A stretch of DNA of 64,000 bases from a virus: the IMG/VR virus record IMGVR_UViG_3300045007_000107, positions 1 through 64,000 of that record; one strand, written 5' to 3'. This document shows positions 29,037-38,065 of this stretch, in pieces. Position 1 is the stretch's first letter; each line of letters begins with the position of its first letter. A program made the translations under genes and the position numbers. The notes beneath the pieces are model-generated. The model made no database searches. It was not told the origin of the DNA and was given only the letters and a program-made list of their open reading frames with translations.

Positions 29037-29077
29037 GCCCCGCTTGCAGCCGACTGCAATGCGGGGCATTCTTTTTT
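29037..29077 (+). terminator. intrinsic terminator whose upper stem is the palindromic site
   Basis: GCCCCGC-TTGCAG-CCGA-CTGCAA-T-GCGGGGC-ATTCTTTTTT. Confidence 0.7.
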
Positions 29078-29107
29078 CGGGACGTGCGGTCCCACGGAGC
29101 AACGACC

Positions 29108-29383
29108 ATGAAACAGATCCTTTCCCGCAAGCAGCGTCGCGCCATTGCCTGGGAGAACATGAGCGAAACGCACTACAATCGCCACTGTCAGGGCGCAGTG
29201 CGCCGTATCACCAACGCGGACTTCCACTGGTACTTGGCGATGGCGAACAGCTACCTGTTCACCTACCGCGATATCGCCTCTCGGCTCGACATGACGTACG
29301 CCGAGGCCAAGGTTCATGCGCGTAATGTTATCGGGGCTGCACGCGCGGCACGTCTCGATGTCGGTTGCGTCATCCCCGGTTAA
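29108..29383 (+). CDS. early hypothetical protein
   Basis: GUGCG leader hairpin + CGGAG. Confidence 0.75.
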   Translation: MKQILSRKQRRAIAWENMSETHYNRHCQGAVRRITNADFHWYLAMANSYLFTYRDIASRLDMTYAEAKVHARNVIGAARAARLDVGCVIPG

Positions 29384-29395
29384 GGAGCTACCACA

Positions 29396-29644
29396 ATGCA
29401 AGGAAGATTTGAGAACCTGACCGTCGATGAACTCGACTTATTGATGCGTTGTCTAGCAGGGCGGATCGAGAGCTATGGGCTCAACACTGAGAACACGGAT
29501 CACCGTATGCTACTGGCGCTGTTCGTGGAACTTGACTGCCCCTACTGTGCGCCTCACGATCTCGAAGAAAAGCTGCTGAACTACATTAGCGAGCACAATC
29601 GCGATCAAGTGCGAGACGCGGTCAAGGACTTGGGTCTGATCTAA
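29396..29644 (+). CDS. hypothetical protein
   Basis: RBS TAAGGAG. Confidence 0.75.
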   Translation: MQGRFENLTVDELDLLMRCLAGRIESYGLNTENTDHRMLLALFVELDCPYCAPHDLEEKLLNYISEHNRDQVRDAVKDLGLI

Positions 29645-29710
29645 CGCTTGCAGCCGTCTGCACGTCGCGTATTATCGATCTTGCGCCGTGCGGGCGCATC
29701 GGAGCCAGCC

Positions 29711-30046
29711 ATGTACACCACTGAGCAGCGCAAGAGCCTTCTTCGCCTTTTCCGTACCTTTCGTAACCAGTACCGTGATGACGCCCTCGCCGAGCGCCAG
29801 CGCGTCGCCCAAGCCATCACCGAGCGCGCCACCAACGGCGAGGTGCTGACTGTGAGCGGCGGCACGGACTGCGATGGTTACCGCCACGGCCCCCACTTCG
29901 GCTACGTACAGGCGAGCGTAGTAGCATTCGAGTACGCCCGCAGCAAAGCCTATGAGTGGGCGGACGGCCCCCACTACTTCCGTCTCGCGACCCCGCGCGA
30001 GATCGAAGAGTACAACGAGCGCTGCGACGAGATGGAGGTCGCGTAA
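29711..30046 (+). CDS. early hypothetical protein
   Basis: GUGCG leader hairpin + CGGAG. Confidence 0.8.
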   Translation: MYTTEQRKSLLRLFRTFRNQYRDDALAERQRVAQAITERATNGEVLTVSGGTDCDGYRHGPHFGYVQASVVAFEYARSKAYEWADGPHYFRLATPREIEEYNERCDEMEVA

Positions 30047-30277
30047 TGGCGATCAACGAACAGATCAAGTTTCGACTGATACAGATGCCGTGCTGCGGTA
30101 CGCTCTCGTGTTGGGTCAATCCCCGCCTTCCCACCTATTGCGCGGAATGCGGTCAGAATGTCTACCTCCGGCTCAAGTCGGGGGGGGTATACGCGCATGG
30201 AGTCGGACGGTTGGCTCAAGGTCAACGATCCTACCATGCACCGCCTGCCTTCCGACCCCGAGTAAGGAAACCGTTCC

Positions 30278-30496
30278 ATGGCATCGCATCTCGCCCACAA
30301 GGACTATCGCGACCTCACCCCGGAGGAACAGGACTACATCGACCGTGAGGGCGGACCCTTCTATGTCATCCACCCTCGTGCCCTATGCGTCTTTGATTAT
30401 TGGTCCGAGGCGTGGGAGTTTGCTCTCGACCTACAAGAGACCTACGACGGTAACAAGTCTCGCGCCACGGTCTACCATTCAGGACAGTATACATAG
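30278..30496 (+). CDS. hypothetical protein
   Basis: RBS TAAGGA. Confidence 0.65.
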   Translation: MASHLAHKDYRDLTPEEQDYIDREGGPFYVIHPRALCVFDYWSEAWEFALDLQETYDGNKSRATVYHSGQYT

Positions 30497-30583
30497 GAAA
30501 TTCTTTGCAGCCATCTGCAAGCAACTGTTGCCGGGGGAGTGATCCTCCGGTATACTTGTTTTAGGACCTATGGATCGGAGCCT

Positions 30584-31054
30584 ATGTCCAAGTTTCTACT
30601 CTTCCTACAACTCGTGATCCTGGTACAGCTTGGTACCCTCTGGCACGATTACGGCTTCAAGCTGTTTGCAGTCGTGCTCGCCATTCTGCTGTTCGGTACC
30701 CTGCGCGGTGCGCTCAAGGCTGAGCAGCAGATGAACGAGCGGATGCATACCTGTGAGCGGTGCCAGCGCAAGTTTCACGGAGCGATGGTCGAGAGGTGCC
30801 AGTTTGAGGGGTGCGTCCACGATGCCGGCGCCCTGAACAGGTTATCCGAGCAACTTACCGTCGCCCTACGTCTCGCTAACGAACGGGCAACGGCCCCTCG
30901 CCCTACAGCGGCGCAATTGCGCGCCACACGCCCGCGCCGCGTTATTCGCGGACTATCCCCCTCCCCTACCGTCGAGCCAGCCCATGCGTCGCCTAATACG
31001 GATAAAGCCCCGACAACAGAAGATCTCCCCCGCGCCTTCTACGACGGGTCTTGA
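30584..31054 (+). CDS. membrane protein with small zinc motif
   Basis: Two N-terminal hydrophobic helices; CERC..C..C; RBS CGGAG. Confidence 0.65.
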   Translation: MSKFLLFLQLVILVQLGTLWHDYGFKLFAVVLAILLFGTLRGALKAEQQMNERMHTCERCQRKFHGAMVERCQFEGCVHDAGALNRLSEQLTVALRLANERATAPRPTAAQLRATRPRRVIRGLSPSPTVEPAHASPNTDKAPTTEDLPRAFYDGS

Positions 31055-31370
31055 GCAACTGTTCTCGCACGGTGCCAACGACCTTCCGCGCGCAGTAACT
31101 GCTATCCGCAGAGATAAGCCGATCACCGCTGTCGTGACATACGTTCGGGTCGAGCACAACAAGTTCAAGAACTGCCCGCAGGTTACCCTCAAGGGTGCCG
31201 ACGACGGCGCGGGGTGGAACTGGTATAGCGTGTACGAGCCGAGCGGCAAGCTGTCCCACAATGTAGGAACGTACTCGGGTCCGTACATCGTTGACTTTAG
31301 CTTTATTAAAGAAATGATCGATAGGTTTTACGAAAAGCCGGTCAACGAGCTAAGTGCGGAGGACTTCTAA
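30984..31370 (+). CDS. RRIG-tag-like protein
   Basis: MRRLIRIKP; stop coupled to next start. Confidence 0.6.
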   Translation: MRRLIRIKPRQQKISPAPSTTGLEQLFSHGANDLPRAVTAIRRDKPITAVVTYVRVEHNKFKNCPQVTLKGADDGAGWNWYSVYEPSGKLSHNVGTYSGPYIVDFSFIKEMIDRFYEKPVNELSAEDF

Positions 31371-32143
31371 TGCCGAGACTGATCAGACGCATAGGGCACG
31401 CTCCCGCACTCCCACCCCCGCCCGAGAATGTTTGGCCGGGGTTTCGCATTCTGTCGGGGTACAAAGTCTATTGCGGCGACAGGGACTTGCGCGAGGTCTA
31501 TGTTCTGCACGGGATCAACTGTGACGCCGCAGGATCACCCCACGAGGATGCGGACACCTTGCGGGAGCAGTTTTTCTCGTCGCCTTATGACGCGCGAACA
31601 GGACAAATGCAGGTAGGTTACGGAGAGATCGATAACTGTTTCAGTGGCCGGTATCCCGAACGCCTGCCCGATAAGGTGCGCGAGGCGTGCTACGATATTC
31701 TTCATGATGCGCAGGAATACGTCACTTGTCAGATCCTATTTCCGCCCATGACCGGCGACTTGCAGCCGTCTGCACGTGTTGATGTACGCAGACCTATCGA
31801 TCCTCCCGCACTAGGTCGTATCGAGGATCACCCCGATGTGAGCGCCCTGCCGCCGAACACGGTGATTTGCGAGGGTTGCGGTCGGCTGAGCTATGAGCAC
31901 GTACGACACCCGCGCTGCTGTCCTGATAACAGTTTCCATCGCCTCGATACACAGCGGGGTCGCATTGCTGTGCGTCAGTTTCGTCGCCACCAACAGATAC
32001 GTAGTGACGTATGCGTGGCGTGCGATGCCCTAGAGACAAACGACTTTGGGCGGAGTTGTCGCTTCGGGATGAGTAGTCCGCGCAACCGCACCTCGTGTAC
32101 CATGCACACGTCGTTAGCTTATCGCCGAGAGAGGAGGAGCTAG
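31370..32143 (+). CDS. RRIG-tag protein, C-terminal 4-Cys domain
   Basis: MPRLIRRIG; CVAC..C..CTMH. Confidence 0.75.
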   Translation: MPRLIRRIGHAPALPPPPENVWPGFRILSGYKVYCGDRDLREVYVLHGINCDAAGSPHEDADTLREQFFSSPYDARTGQMQVGYGEIDNCFSGRYPERLPDKVREACYDILHDAQEYVTCQILFPPMTGDLQPSARVDVRRPIDPPALGRIEDHPDVSALPPNTVICEGCGRLSYEHVRHPRCCPDNSFHRLDTQRGRIAVRQFRRHQQIRSDVCVACDALETNDFGRSCRFGMSSPRNRTSCTMHTSLAYRRERRS

Positions 32144-32898
32144 TGCCAGCCCGCGTTCTTCGCAAGATTGGTATACCGCTACCGCCTCCGGTTAAGGAAC
32201 CCCTGCCGCGCATACCGGACAGCGATAGCTCACGCCCACAGTATGGTTTGTGCGGTAGCTGCCGGTATAAAGGTAGTATGGAGCCGGACCGGGGCGGTGA
32301 ATGGTTATGTGGTGTCTCGCGCCTGTATGTCAGCAATAGTCATTTCATTGATGGTGGCGAGTGTTCTCACTACGAGGATGTATCCGTCCCTGGAACGATT
32401 ACCATAGACGCTAGTCAGATAGTCGTAGGGTCGATAATGGCAGACCAGATAGTTGCGGGCTCTATCGGTGTCGATAGAATAATGGTCGCTGATAATGTGG
32501 CCGAGCAATTAATACAAGATGTGCGAGAGGCGCAGTTAGTTGGCGCGCTTACCTCCGAACAGATAGAGCAGATAAACAGCCATACCCTAGTAGGTGGGCT
32601 CAGGGTCACGAACGAACCAGTACCTATCGCGCCACGCATCACGGCCGCACATAGGCTCACAGGAGTGCGTAGAATAAGGGACAGGGCGCGCGTGTTGTTT
32701 CTGGTCTATATGGAGTTGGACATACAGCAACAGGGTATGGCGACCGAGGTGATGCCTGTTGAGGTCATGTACGACCATCACGGAAACCTCAATGATCAGC
32801 GCCTCTATTATGTGCCGCAAAGCTTAGGTGTTGGCGAGGTATATCGCATTACCCGAGCTACAAGAGAGCGACTTGACGGGGAGTTTGTCGAGCTATGA
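32143..32898 (+). CDS. RRIG-tag protein, 4-Cys domain + tail-fibre-like repeats
   Basis: GTG after AGGAGGAG; PARVLRKIG; CGSC..C..CSHY; IDASQIVVGSIMADQIVAGSI. Confidence 0.75.
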   Translation: MPARVLRKIGIPLPPPVKEPLPRIPDSDSSRPQYGLCGSCRYKGSMEPDRGGEWLCGVSRLYVSNSHFIDGGECSHYEDVSVPGTITIDASQIVVGSIMADQIVAGSIGVDRIMVADNVAEQLIQDVREAQLVGALTSEQIEQINSHTLVGGLRVTNEPVPIAPRITAAHRLTGVRRIRDRARVLFLVYMELDIQQQGMATEVMPVEVMYDHHGNLNDQRLYYVPQSLGVGEVYRITRATRERLDGEFVEL

Positions 32899-33137
32899 GA
32901 AGATCTTTACGCAAGATCGGCCCGGCCGAGGAAGCACCTGTCAAGGTTACGCCTTTGATGCGGGCTAACGCTACTATGAAGGTGAGGCCCAACCGGGCAA
33001 GCCTCTGTAAGATGTGTACGCTCCGCGACCGTCTCGCGTACAACGCGCGGGGTCTTATCGTGTGCTCGTGGTCTATGATCGAAACACCCGAGGACACGCC
33101 AATCACAAAGTGCCCCTACTATGAGTGCGTGATATGA
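32895..33137 (+). CDS. RRIG-tag protein, one 4-Cys domain
   Basis: MRRSLRKIG; CKMC..C..CPYY. Confidence 0.75.
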   Translation: MRRSLRKIGPAEEAPVKVTPLMRANATMKVRPNRASLCKMCTLRDRLAYNARGLIVCSWSMIETPEDTPITKCPYYECVI

Positions 33138-33637
33138 AGCGCCAATTACGCCGCATAGGCTTGCAGCCATCTGCACCCGCGCCTCCACCCCCACCAGAAC
33201 CTAGCGATGCGCGATCCTGCGATACGTGCCGGTTCAACAGGAAGGCAAGCATTTACTCTACGCCGCCGCATGAGCTGATTATTCATTGCTCGGGCAGGAT
33301 CGGGGTCGGGTATACTACCCTACGAACCAACTGCCACGGATGGGAGGCAACCGTACCTCACCACGTCGGATCTCTCTGCAATAGGTGCGTACACGGTACA
33401 GTACACTACGATCATCCTGTTCATGGGATAGCGGTTAATTGTACGAGGTTTACCACGCAACGGATCGCATACGCCACTGAATGTCGTGATTATCGCGATG
33501 AAGAGATGCAGGCACACTTTCGCCGAGCCGCTGAGGAAGAGGCTATGTACGCGGCTACGCTACCCGATCCGCCTGCCCCTTGGTACGCGCGCTTGCGGGA
33601 TCGTCTGATGTGGTGGTGGGGAGGTTACAATGCATAG
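33134..33637 (+). CDS. RRIG-tag protein, two 4-Cys domains
   Basis: MKRQLRRIG; CDTC..CHGW; CNRC..CRDY. Confidence 0.75.
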   Translation: MKRQLRRIGLQPSAPAPPPPPEPSDARSCDTCRFNRKASIYSTPPHELIIHCSGRIGVGYTTLRTNCHGWEATVPHHVGSLCNRCVHGTVHYDHPVHGIAVNCTRFTTQRIAYATECRDYRDEEMQAHFRRAAEEEAMYAATLPDPPAPWYARLRDRLMWWWGGYNA

Positions 33638-34007
33638 GCTCTTACGCAGGATCGGGCGTATACCGCCCACCATCGTCACCCGAGAGCAGACTGCTCACAT
33701 CACCCGCGCAGGCCGTGTCCACGAGACTATCGTTCACCTCTCGCCGGCCTCCCTAGGGGACGAGATCAATGCAGGCGAGCGCGTTATCTCTATAACCGAG
33801 GAAAGCCGCTATCAGGAGAGGGAAATGGACGGGGAACGTATCCTCTATCCTGTAGCGCCCACGGGTACCCGCAAGGTCGAGACTATACGCATCGAGTCCA
33901 ATTGGGATGGTAGCAGCCGTATCCGTAAGCGCACCTACCGAGAATTCATGGACCAAAGCGGTGACGTGCAACGCATGATTATCGAACAAAGCTGGGAGTA
34001 TCAGTGA
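33630..34007 (+). CDS. RRIG-tag protein without Cys domain
   Basis: MHRLLRRIG; RBS GGAGG. Confidence 0.75.
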   Translation: MHRLLRRIGRIPPTIVTREQTAHITRAGRVHETIVHLSPASLGDEINAGERVISITEESRYQEREMDGERILYPVAPTGTRKVETIRIESNWDGSSRIRKRTYREFMDQSGDVQRMIIEQSWEYQ

Positions 34008-34297
34008 TGCTACGTCGCATCAAAGGCATCGGTAGACCGAGACCTGTGCAGCCGTCTGCAACCGAGCAACCCTCCGTGGAGCCCCCACGGAGGGTTGAAC
34101 TACTTAAAGCGGTACCTGTAGGGCGGAAGTGCCATAGTTGCGTCTACCGTACGGAACTTCTGCCCCTGTACCACCGGGACACGAGAACCAACGACCCGCC
34201 GCAGGTAAAGGGCTATACCTGTCCCATCGTCTCGCGGCACTACCCTCTGGACGATGGTCCGCGCATCTGCAACCGACATGAGCCCACGGGGATCTAA
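34004..34297 (+). CDS. RRIG-tag protein, one 4-Cys domain
   Basis: MLRRIKGIG; CHSC..C..CNRH. Confidence 0.75.
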   Translation: MMLRRIKGIGRPRPVQPSATEQPSVEPPRRVELLKAVPVGRKCHSCVYRTELLPLYHRDTRTNDPPQVKGYTCPIVSRHYPLDDGPRICNRHEPTGI

Positions 34298-34299
34298 TC

Positions 34300-34893
34300 A
34301 TGCCTCGCAAGATCAGACGCATTGGGCGTGAGACTCCACCGCGACCGGCACCCGCCCCTGAGCCTCCGCGCGGGAACTACAAGCGCAACTCTAACACAGG
34401 GCACTCATGTAACTACTGTATCTACCGGGAGCATCACGTCTATAACAAGTGGAGCCCCGACTTCCCTGAGCGCGCGTGGTGCCCGGTCGCTAACACAACC
34501 TACGTGACCGACAGCAGCAGGGATCAGGTTACGGTGTGCGGCACCTTCCGCGCGGGCGATCACGTTGTGGTAGCAGTGGAACCTACCATCGATACGCTCC
34601 TTGAGATGGTGGGCGCCACAAGTCAGGAGGAAGCGCGGCGTCGTGGTCGGCATACTATTGCTGGTACGGTAACCGGACGTGCGAGTTCCACGCGCGGTCT
34701 CACTGATTTCCCCCTAGAAGTCATGCCCGAGGACTCCATCTGCCGTACCTGTCGCCATCGTGATCATATACGCGCTAGGCTTCGTCGGTCGGAAGCGGGT
34801 ACTGACGTGCGTTCGTGGGCGTGTAACCACGCATTGCGCCAGCGTATATATGGTGCCGGGGTTCGGACATGCCAGTCATGGGAACAGGACTAA
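34300..34893 (+). CDS. RRIG-tag protein, two 4-Cys domains
   Basis: MPRKIRRIG; CNYC..CGTF; CRTC..CQSW. Confidence 0.75.
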   Translation: MPRKIRRIGRETPPRPAPAPEPPRGNYKRNSNTGHSCNYCIYREHHVYNKWSPDFPERAWCPVANTTYVTDSSRDQVTVCGTFRAGDHVVVAVEPTIDTLLEMVGATSQEEARRRGRHTIAGTVTGRASSTRGLTDFPLEVMPEDSICRTCRHRDHIRARLRRSEAGTDVRSWACNHALRQRIYGAGVRTCQSWEQD

Positions 34894-35321
34894 TGGCTAA
34901 GGAACCAACCCCCAAAGCTCTCGCCCGCCGTCGTGAGCGCGAGCGTATGACGGAGGAACAGAAAGAGCGGGAGCGCGAACGTAAACGCGCTTCGGCCAAG
35001 CGGCATCGGGAAAGCGAGAATGCTCGACAGCGTAAATATATCGCCGCGCATCCCGAACTAAGAGCCTACTATCGGCGGCGCTACAGCCTGCGCAAGATGA
35101 AACCCCACAACGCGAAAAAGCGTACAATAGAGATCATGGCCGAACTACAGGCCAAGGCACCCAGGCATCACGGTCGCGAAGAGATCATCGCGGCGGCGAC
35201 AATGTTCGTACTAGAGGGCGATACCGTCGAAGTGGCGCTCGCCAAAGCCTCGAAACAGCACAACGCCGAGACACGTATCCAGCGGTCGAGCACCAACTTC
35301 GAAGAAGCGTATTGGCTATGA
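34893..35321 (+). CDS. Arg/Glu-rich basic protein
   Basis: Coupled start; RERER repeats. Confidence 0.7.
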   Translation: MAKEPTPKALARRRERERMTEEQKERERERKRASAKRHRESENARQRKYIAAHPELRAYYRRRYSLRKMKPHNAKKRTIEIMAELQAKAPRHHGREEIIAAATMFVLEGDTVEVALAKASKQHNAETRIQRSSTNFEEAYWL

Positions 35322-35836
35322 AGCGCATTATCCGAAACATAGGCAGCATCGCGCCCTTGCAGCCGTCTGCAATCCCCGAGTTTACCGCCACGATTACCGG
35401 GCGGCCTCCGTTCGATGAGCACGGCAATCCGCACGTGCGGGGCGTCTGCGCGCGTTGCACCTCTCGCAGACGCTTTACCTTCGACGCCCAGCGACAGGAG
35501 TATACCTGCCCTCGGATAGATCGCGTGATTACACCTGGCGGCGGGCGTACCGAATGTGCATCCTATGACCTCGACATGCCCGAGCATGATCGCCGCCGTA
35601 CAATCCAGCAGTCATTCAACGGTCCTGCCGCTCGTCCTCCGAACCTAGACATCGTGGGTCGAACCTCCGACTGTCATACCTGTAATGCGGCGTGGAGTAT
35701 CGACCGCGTCTCTCCCTCTCACTGGCGGTGTCCTCGTATTGCTCGCACTCTCGCCAGCGCGGTCGGTATCGTTAACTGTTCCGGCTATGAGCATGATCTC
35801 GAACTCTACCGTACTGCCCCATGGGAGCCTGACTGA
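35318..35836 (+). CDS. RRIG-tag protein, two 4-Cys domains
   Basis: MKRIIRNIG; CARC..CPRI..CASY; CHTC..CPRI..CSGY. Confidence 0.75.
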   Translation: MKRIIRNIGSIAPLQPSAIPEFTATITGRPPFDEHGNPHVRGVCARCTSRRRFTFDAQRQEYTCPRIDRVITPGGGRTECASYDLDMPEHDRRRTIQQSFNGPAARPPNLDIVGRTSDCHTCNAAWSIDRVSPSHWRCPRIARTLASAVGIVNCSGYEHDLELYRTAPWEPD

Positions 35837-36096
35837 TGCTTACTCTCGATACTGTTCGCGCTAACATCTTCGCAGGAGATCCGTTAGCTAAATCACCAGA
35901 TGAGGTGACCGATACAGGTACAGCAATCGAAATTGCCGGTATCGATGACGGTACAGAGTTCCGTGAAGACCTACGTTTCGTTTCCGAGGGCGATGGCGTA
36001 GAGCTACTTGTGCGCGATCCCGGTACGGTTTCGTGGAACTCGCACGGCGTCTTTCGTGATTGGCGCGAGCTTCATATATGGATTTACGAACTATGA
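35836..36096 (+). CDS. hypothetical protein
   Basis: Coupled start TGATG. Confidence 0.65.
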   Translation: MLTLDTVRANIFAGDPLAKSPDEVTDTGTAIEIAGIDDGTEFREDLRFVSEGDGVELLVRDPGTVSWNSHGVFRDWRELHIWIYEL

Positions 36097-36184
36097 ACCA
36101 GCGGGCTCGTCTTACCCTGGCCGTTATGCTAATCGGTACGGCGGTTCTCATCACTGCTTGCATTCGCGGGATATGGTCGCTGAT

Positions 36185-36886
36185 ATGAAACGCTTGATCA
36201 GAGGGATCGGCCGCCAAGAGCTACGTACCGAGGCAACCACTCAGCGCATCTTGGATAAGTGCGACAGCATCATCGGCGTATTACAAGAAGGTATTGCTGC
36301 AAGCCCCAGCCCGATAGCATCTCAACTTCATGCGGACAGTCTGTGTCGGCGGTGCCCCCACCAGAACCGGATTAGGCAGAACCCGAACGTTCCTCGTAAC
36401 CCGGCCGAGGTCTACTGTCCTGCGCACGACTACTACTTCAATGCTCATGTGCCGGTCGAGTCCTGCGCGCGGTATCATCGCGATGTAATACAGCCTAACC
36501 CTCCCTGGGAGCGCCCAGCGCGGTCTATCACCGAAGTGGGCCTACCGCCTATCCCCGAGGGTAGTATCTGCGAGTCGTGCCCTCACCGTGCTACAAGACA
36601 TTATGCGCGCGGCGAGAGTTATGTCCATTGTAATTCGCCCGAGCAACTCCACACTGTAGCGATAGGTGCGACCATATACTCGTGTACCAGCTACCCTCCC
36701 GAACGTGTCCAACGCGCGGTCGTATACGATACACCTCGTGAAAGTCAATGCAGGACATGCTTACACGGGACTCGCCTAGTCCGCTCTAGTGTCAATCCTG
36801 AACGCGGTGCTGTATGTCGTCAGGCAGATCGTCGGTTCACTACAGACGCTGTAATACAACAGTGTCACGATTATAGGGCTTTCTGA
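36185..36886 (+). CDS. RRIG-tag protein, three 4-Cys domains
   Basis: MKRLIRGIG; CRRC, CESC, CRTC units each ending CxxY. Confidence 0.75.
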   Translation: MKRLIRGIGRQELRTEATTQRILDKCDSIIGVLQEGIAASPSPIASQLHADSLCRRCPHQNRIRQNPNVPRNPAEVYCPAHDYYFNAHVPVESCARYHRDVIQPNPPWERPARSITEVGLPPIPEGSICESCPHRATRHYARGESYVHCNSPEQLHTVAIGATIYSCTSYPPERVQRAVVYDTPRESQCRTCLHGTRLVRSSVNPERGAVCRQADRRFTTDAVIQQCHDYRAF

Positions 36887-36887
36887 T

Positions 36888-37532
36888 ATGCGTCGGCTCA
36901 TTCGCGGGATCGGTATTACACCTGTATTACAAACGGTTGCAGAGCCGTCACGCTATCAGGACGCGGTCGTATCCCGTACCCATGAAGAAAACATCTGTAG
37001 GCACTGCCAGCACTCCGACTGCCTGAGCTACGCGTCCGGAGAGCCGGGCCAACTTGCGGACGTTCGATGCGCCCATGCCGGTCATAGCTATCCAGGCGAC
37101 GTCGGTCTGTCGGACTGTATCGACTACCAGCGTATTACAGGTCCAAGCGTAACGTCGAACTCCCAGCGCGCGGTCGTTGATCTATTACCCCAAGACAGTC
37201 TATGTCGTCAGTGTAGCTTCTCTCCCCGTCTATACGCCCACTCCGAGGAGGACGGTATACCGGGAACAGTTACCTGTCGGTATACGGGTTACACCACAGA
37301 CATCAACGTACCGGTGCGCGAGTGCTCGGCGTATTACACGTACTCGACACCACATTCCCAACGCGCGGTCGTTGATACCTTACACCCTAATACCCTATGT
37401 AGACAGTGCAGGCACGGAACGTCTATCCGACCATACAATAGATCACCCGAGTGGTATGCCTGCCCTGTAGCCGACCGCTATTTCAGACCCTACAACTTCA
37501 TCCTCTCATGCCGGTCTCTGGTACGTCTCTAG
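36888..37532 (+). CDS. RRIG-tag protein, three 4-Cys domains
   Basis: MRRLIRGIG; CRHC, CRQC, CRQC units with SQRAVVD linkers. Confidence 0.75.
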   Translation: MRRLIRGIGITPVLQTVAEPSRYQDAVVSRTHEENICRHCQHSDCLSYASGEPGQLADVRCAHAGHSYPGDVGLSDCIDYQRITGPSVTSNSQRAVVDLLPQDSLCRQCSFSPRLYAHSEEDGIPGTVTCRYTGYTTDINVPVRECSAYYTYSTPHSQRAVVDTLHPNTLCRQCRHGTSIRPYNRSPEWYACPVADRYFRPYNFILSCRSLVRL

Positions 37533-37927
37533 GGAACTCTCCCGCGTATCCAGCAGCCGTCTGCAAGCTCCTGTGTAATACGTATCTCGGATGTAATACG
37601 GAAAACCCTCGATCCCTCAACATCCCTAAACCCCTGGCGCGGCGTTTTCCTGAAAAAACTACCAGCGCGGGGTCTTTAATTTAATGCGTAATGAATAAGA
37701 ACACATAGAAGCATCAGTAGAACCCCTAGTAAACACTATAGGCCCTTCCCGTAGTTCTCAACAACTCTCAACACATCCACACACAAGCAAGTTAGTAATG
37801 GCTGGCGAAATTTCCGAATAGTAAATGGGGAGGCTCCCTGATGGAGTAGGAATAGTAAAAGATCAACGTATTCAAGGAGTTGTAGGAATAGTAAAAGAGC
37901 ATGGTCCCGTAGAAGGAGGAGGAAATC

Positions 37928-37996
37928 ATGGTGATCTTGGGCCTCGTGGTGGTGTTGGTCGTGTGCGTCCTGATCCTGGCGACCGGCCTGGACTAG
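37928..37996 (+). CDS. 22-aa membrane peptide
   Basis: RBS AGGAGGAGG; MVILGLVVVLVVCVLILATGLD. Confidence 0.5.
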   Translation: MVILGLVVVLVVCVLILATGLD

Positions 37997-38065
37997 AGAT
38001 TGGACCCGGAGTAGTCTGTATAGACTATGTGGTATAGAAGTACCACATAAAGGAGATAGACGAGT

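Noticed and set aside
36928-36941. Extra palindrome copy TACAAACGGTTGCA
   Set aside because: Three mismatches; left out of the count though it lies just after an RRIG tag and may be a decayed site
27699-37532. Diversity-generating retroelement behind the variable Cys domains
   Set aside because: No reverse transcriptase and no long near-identical TR/VR pair with adenine-specific differences in the window
21265-37532. RRIG tag as a Tat or Sec signal
   Set aside because: No hydrophobic h-region or cleavage site; followed by Pro-rich polar sequence
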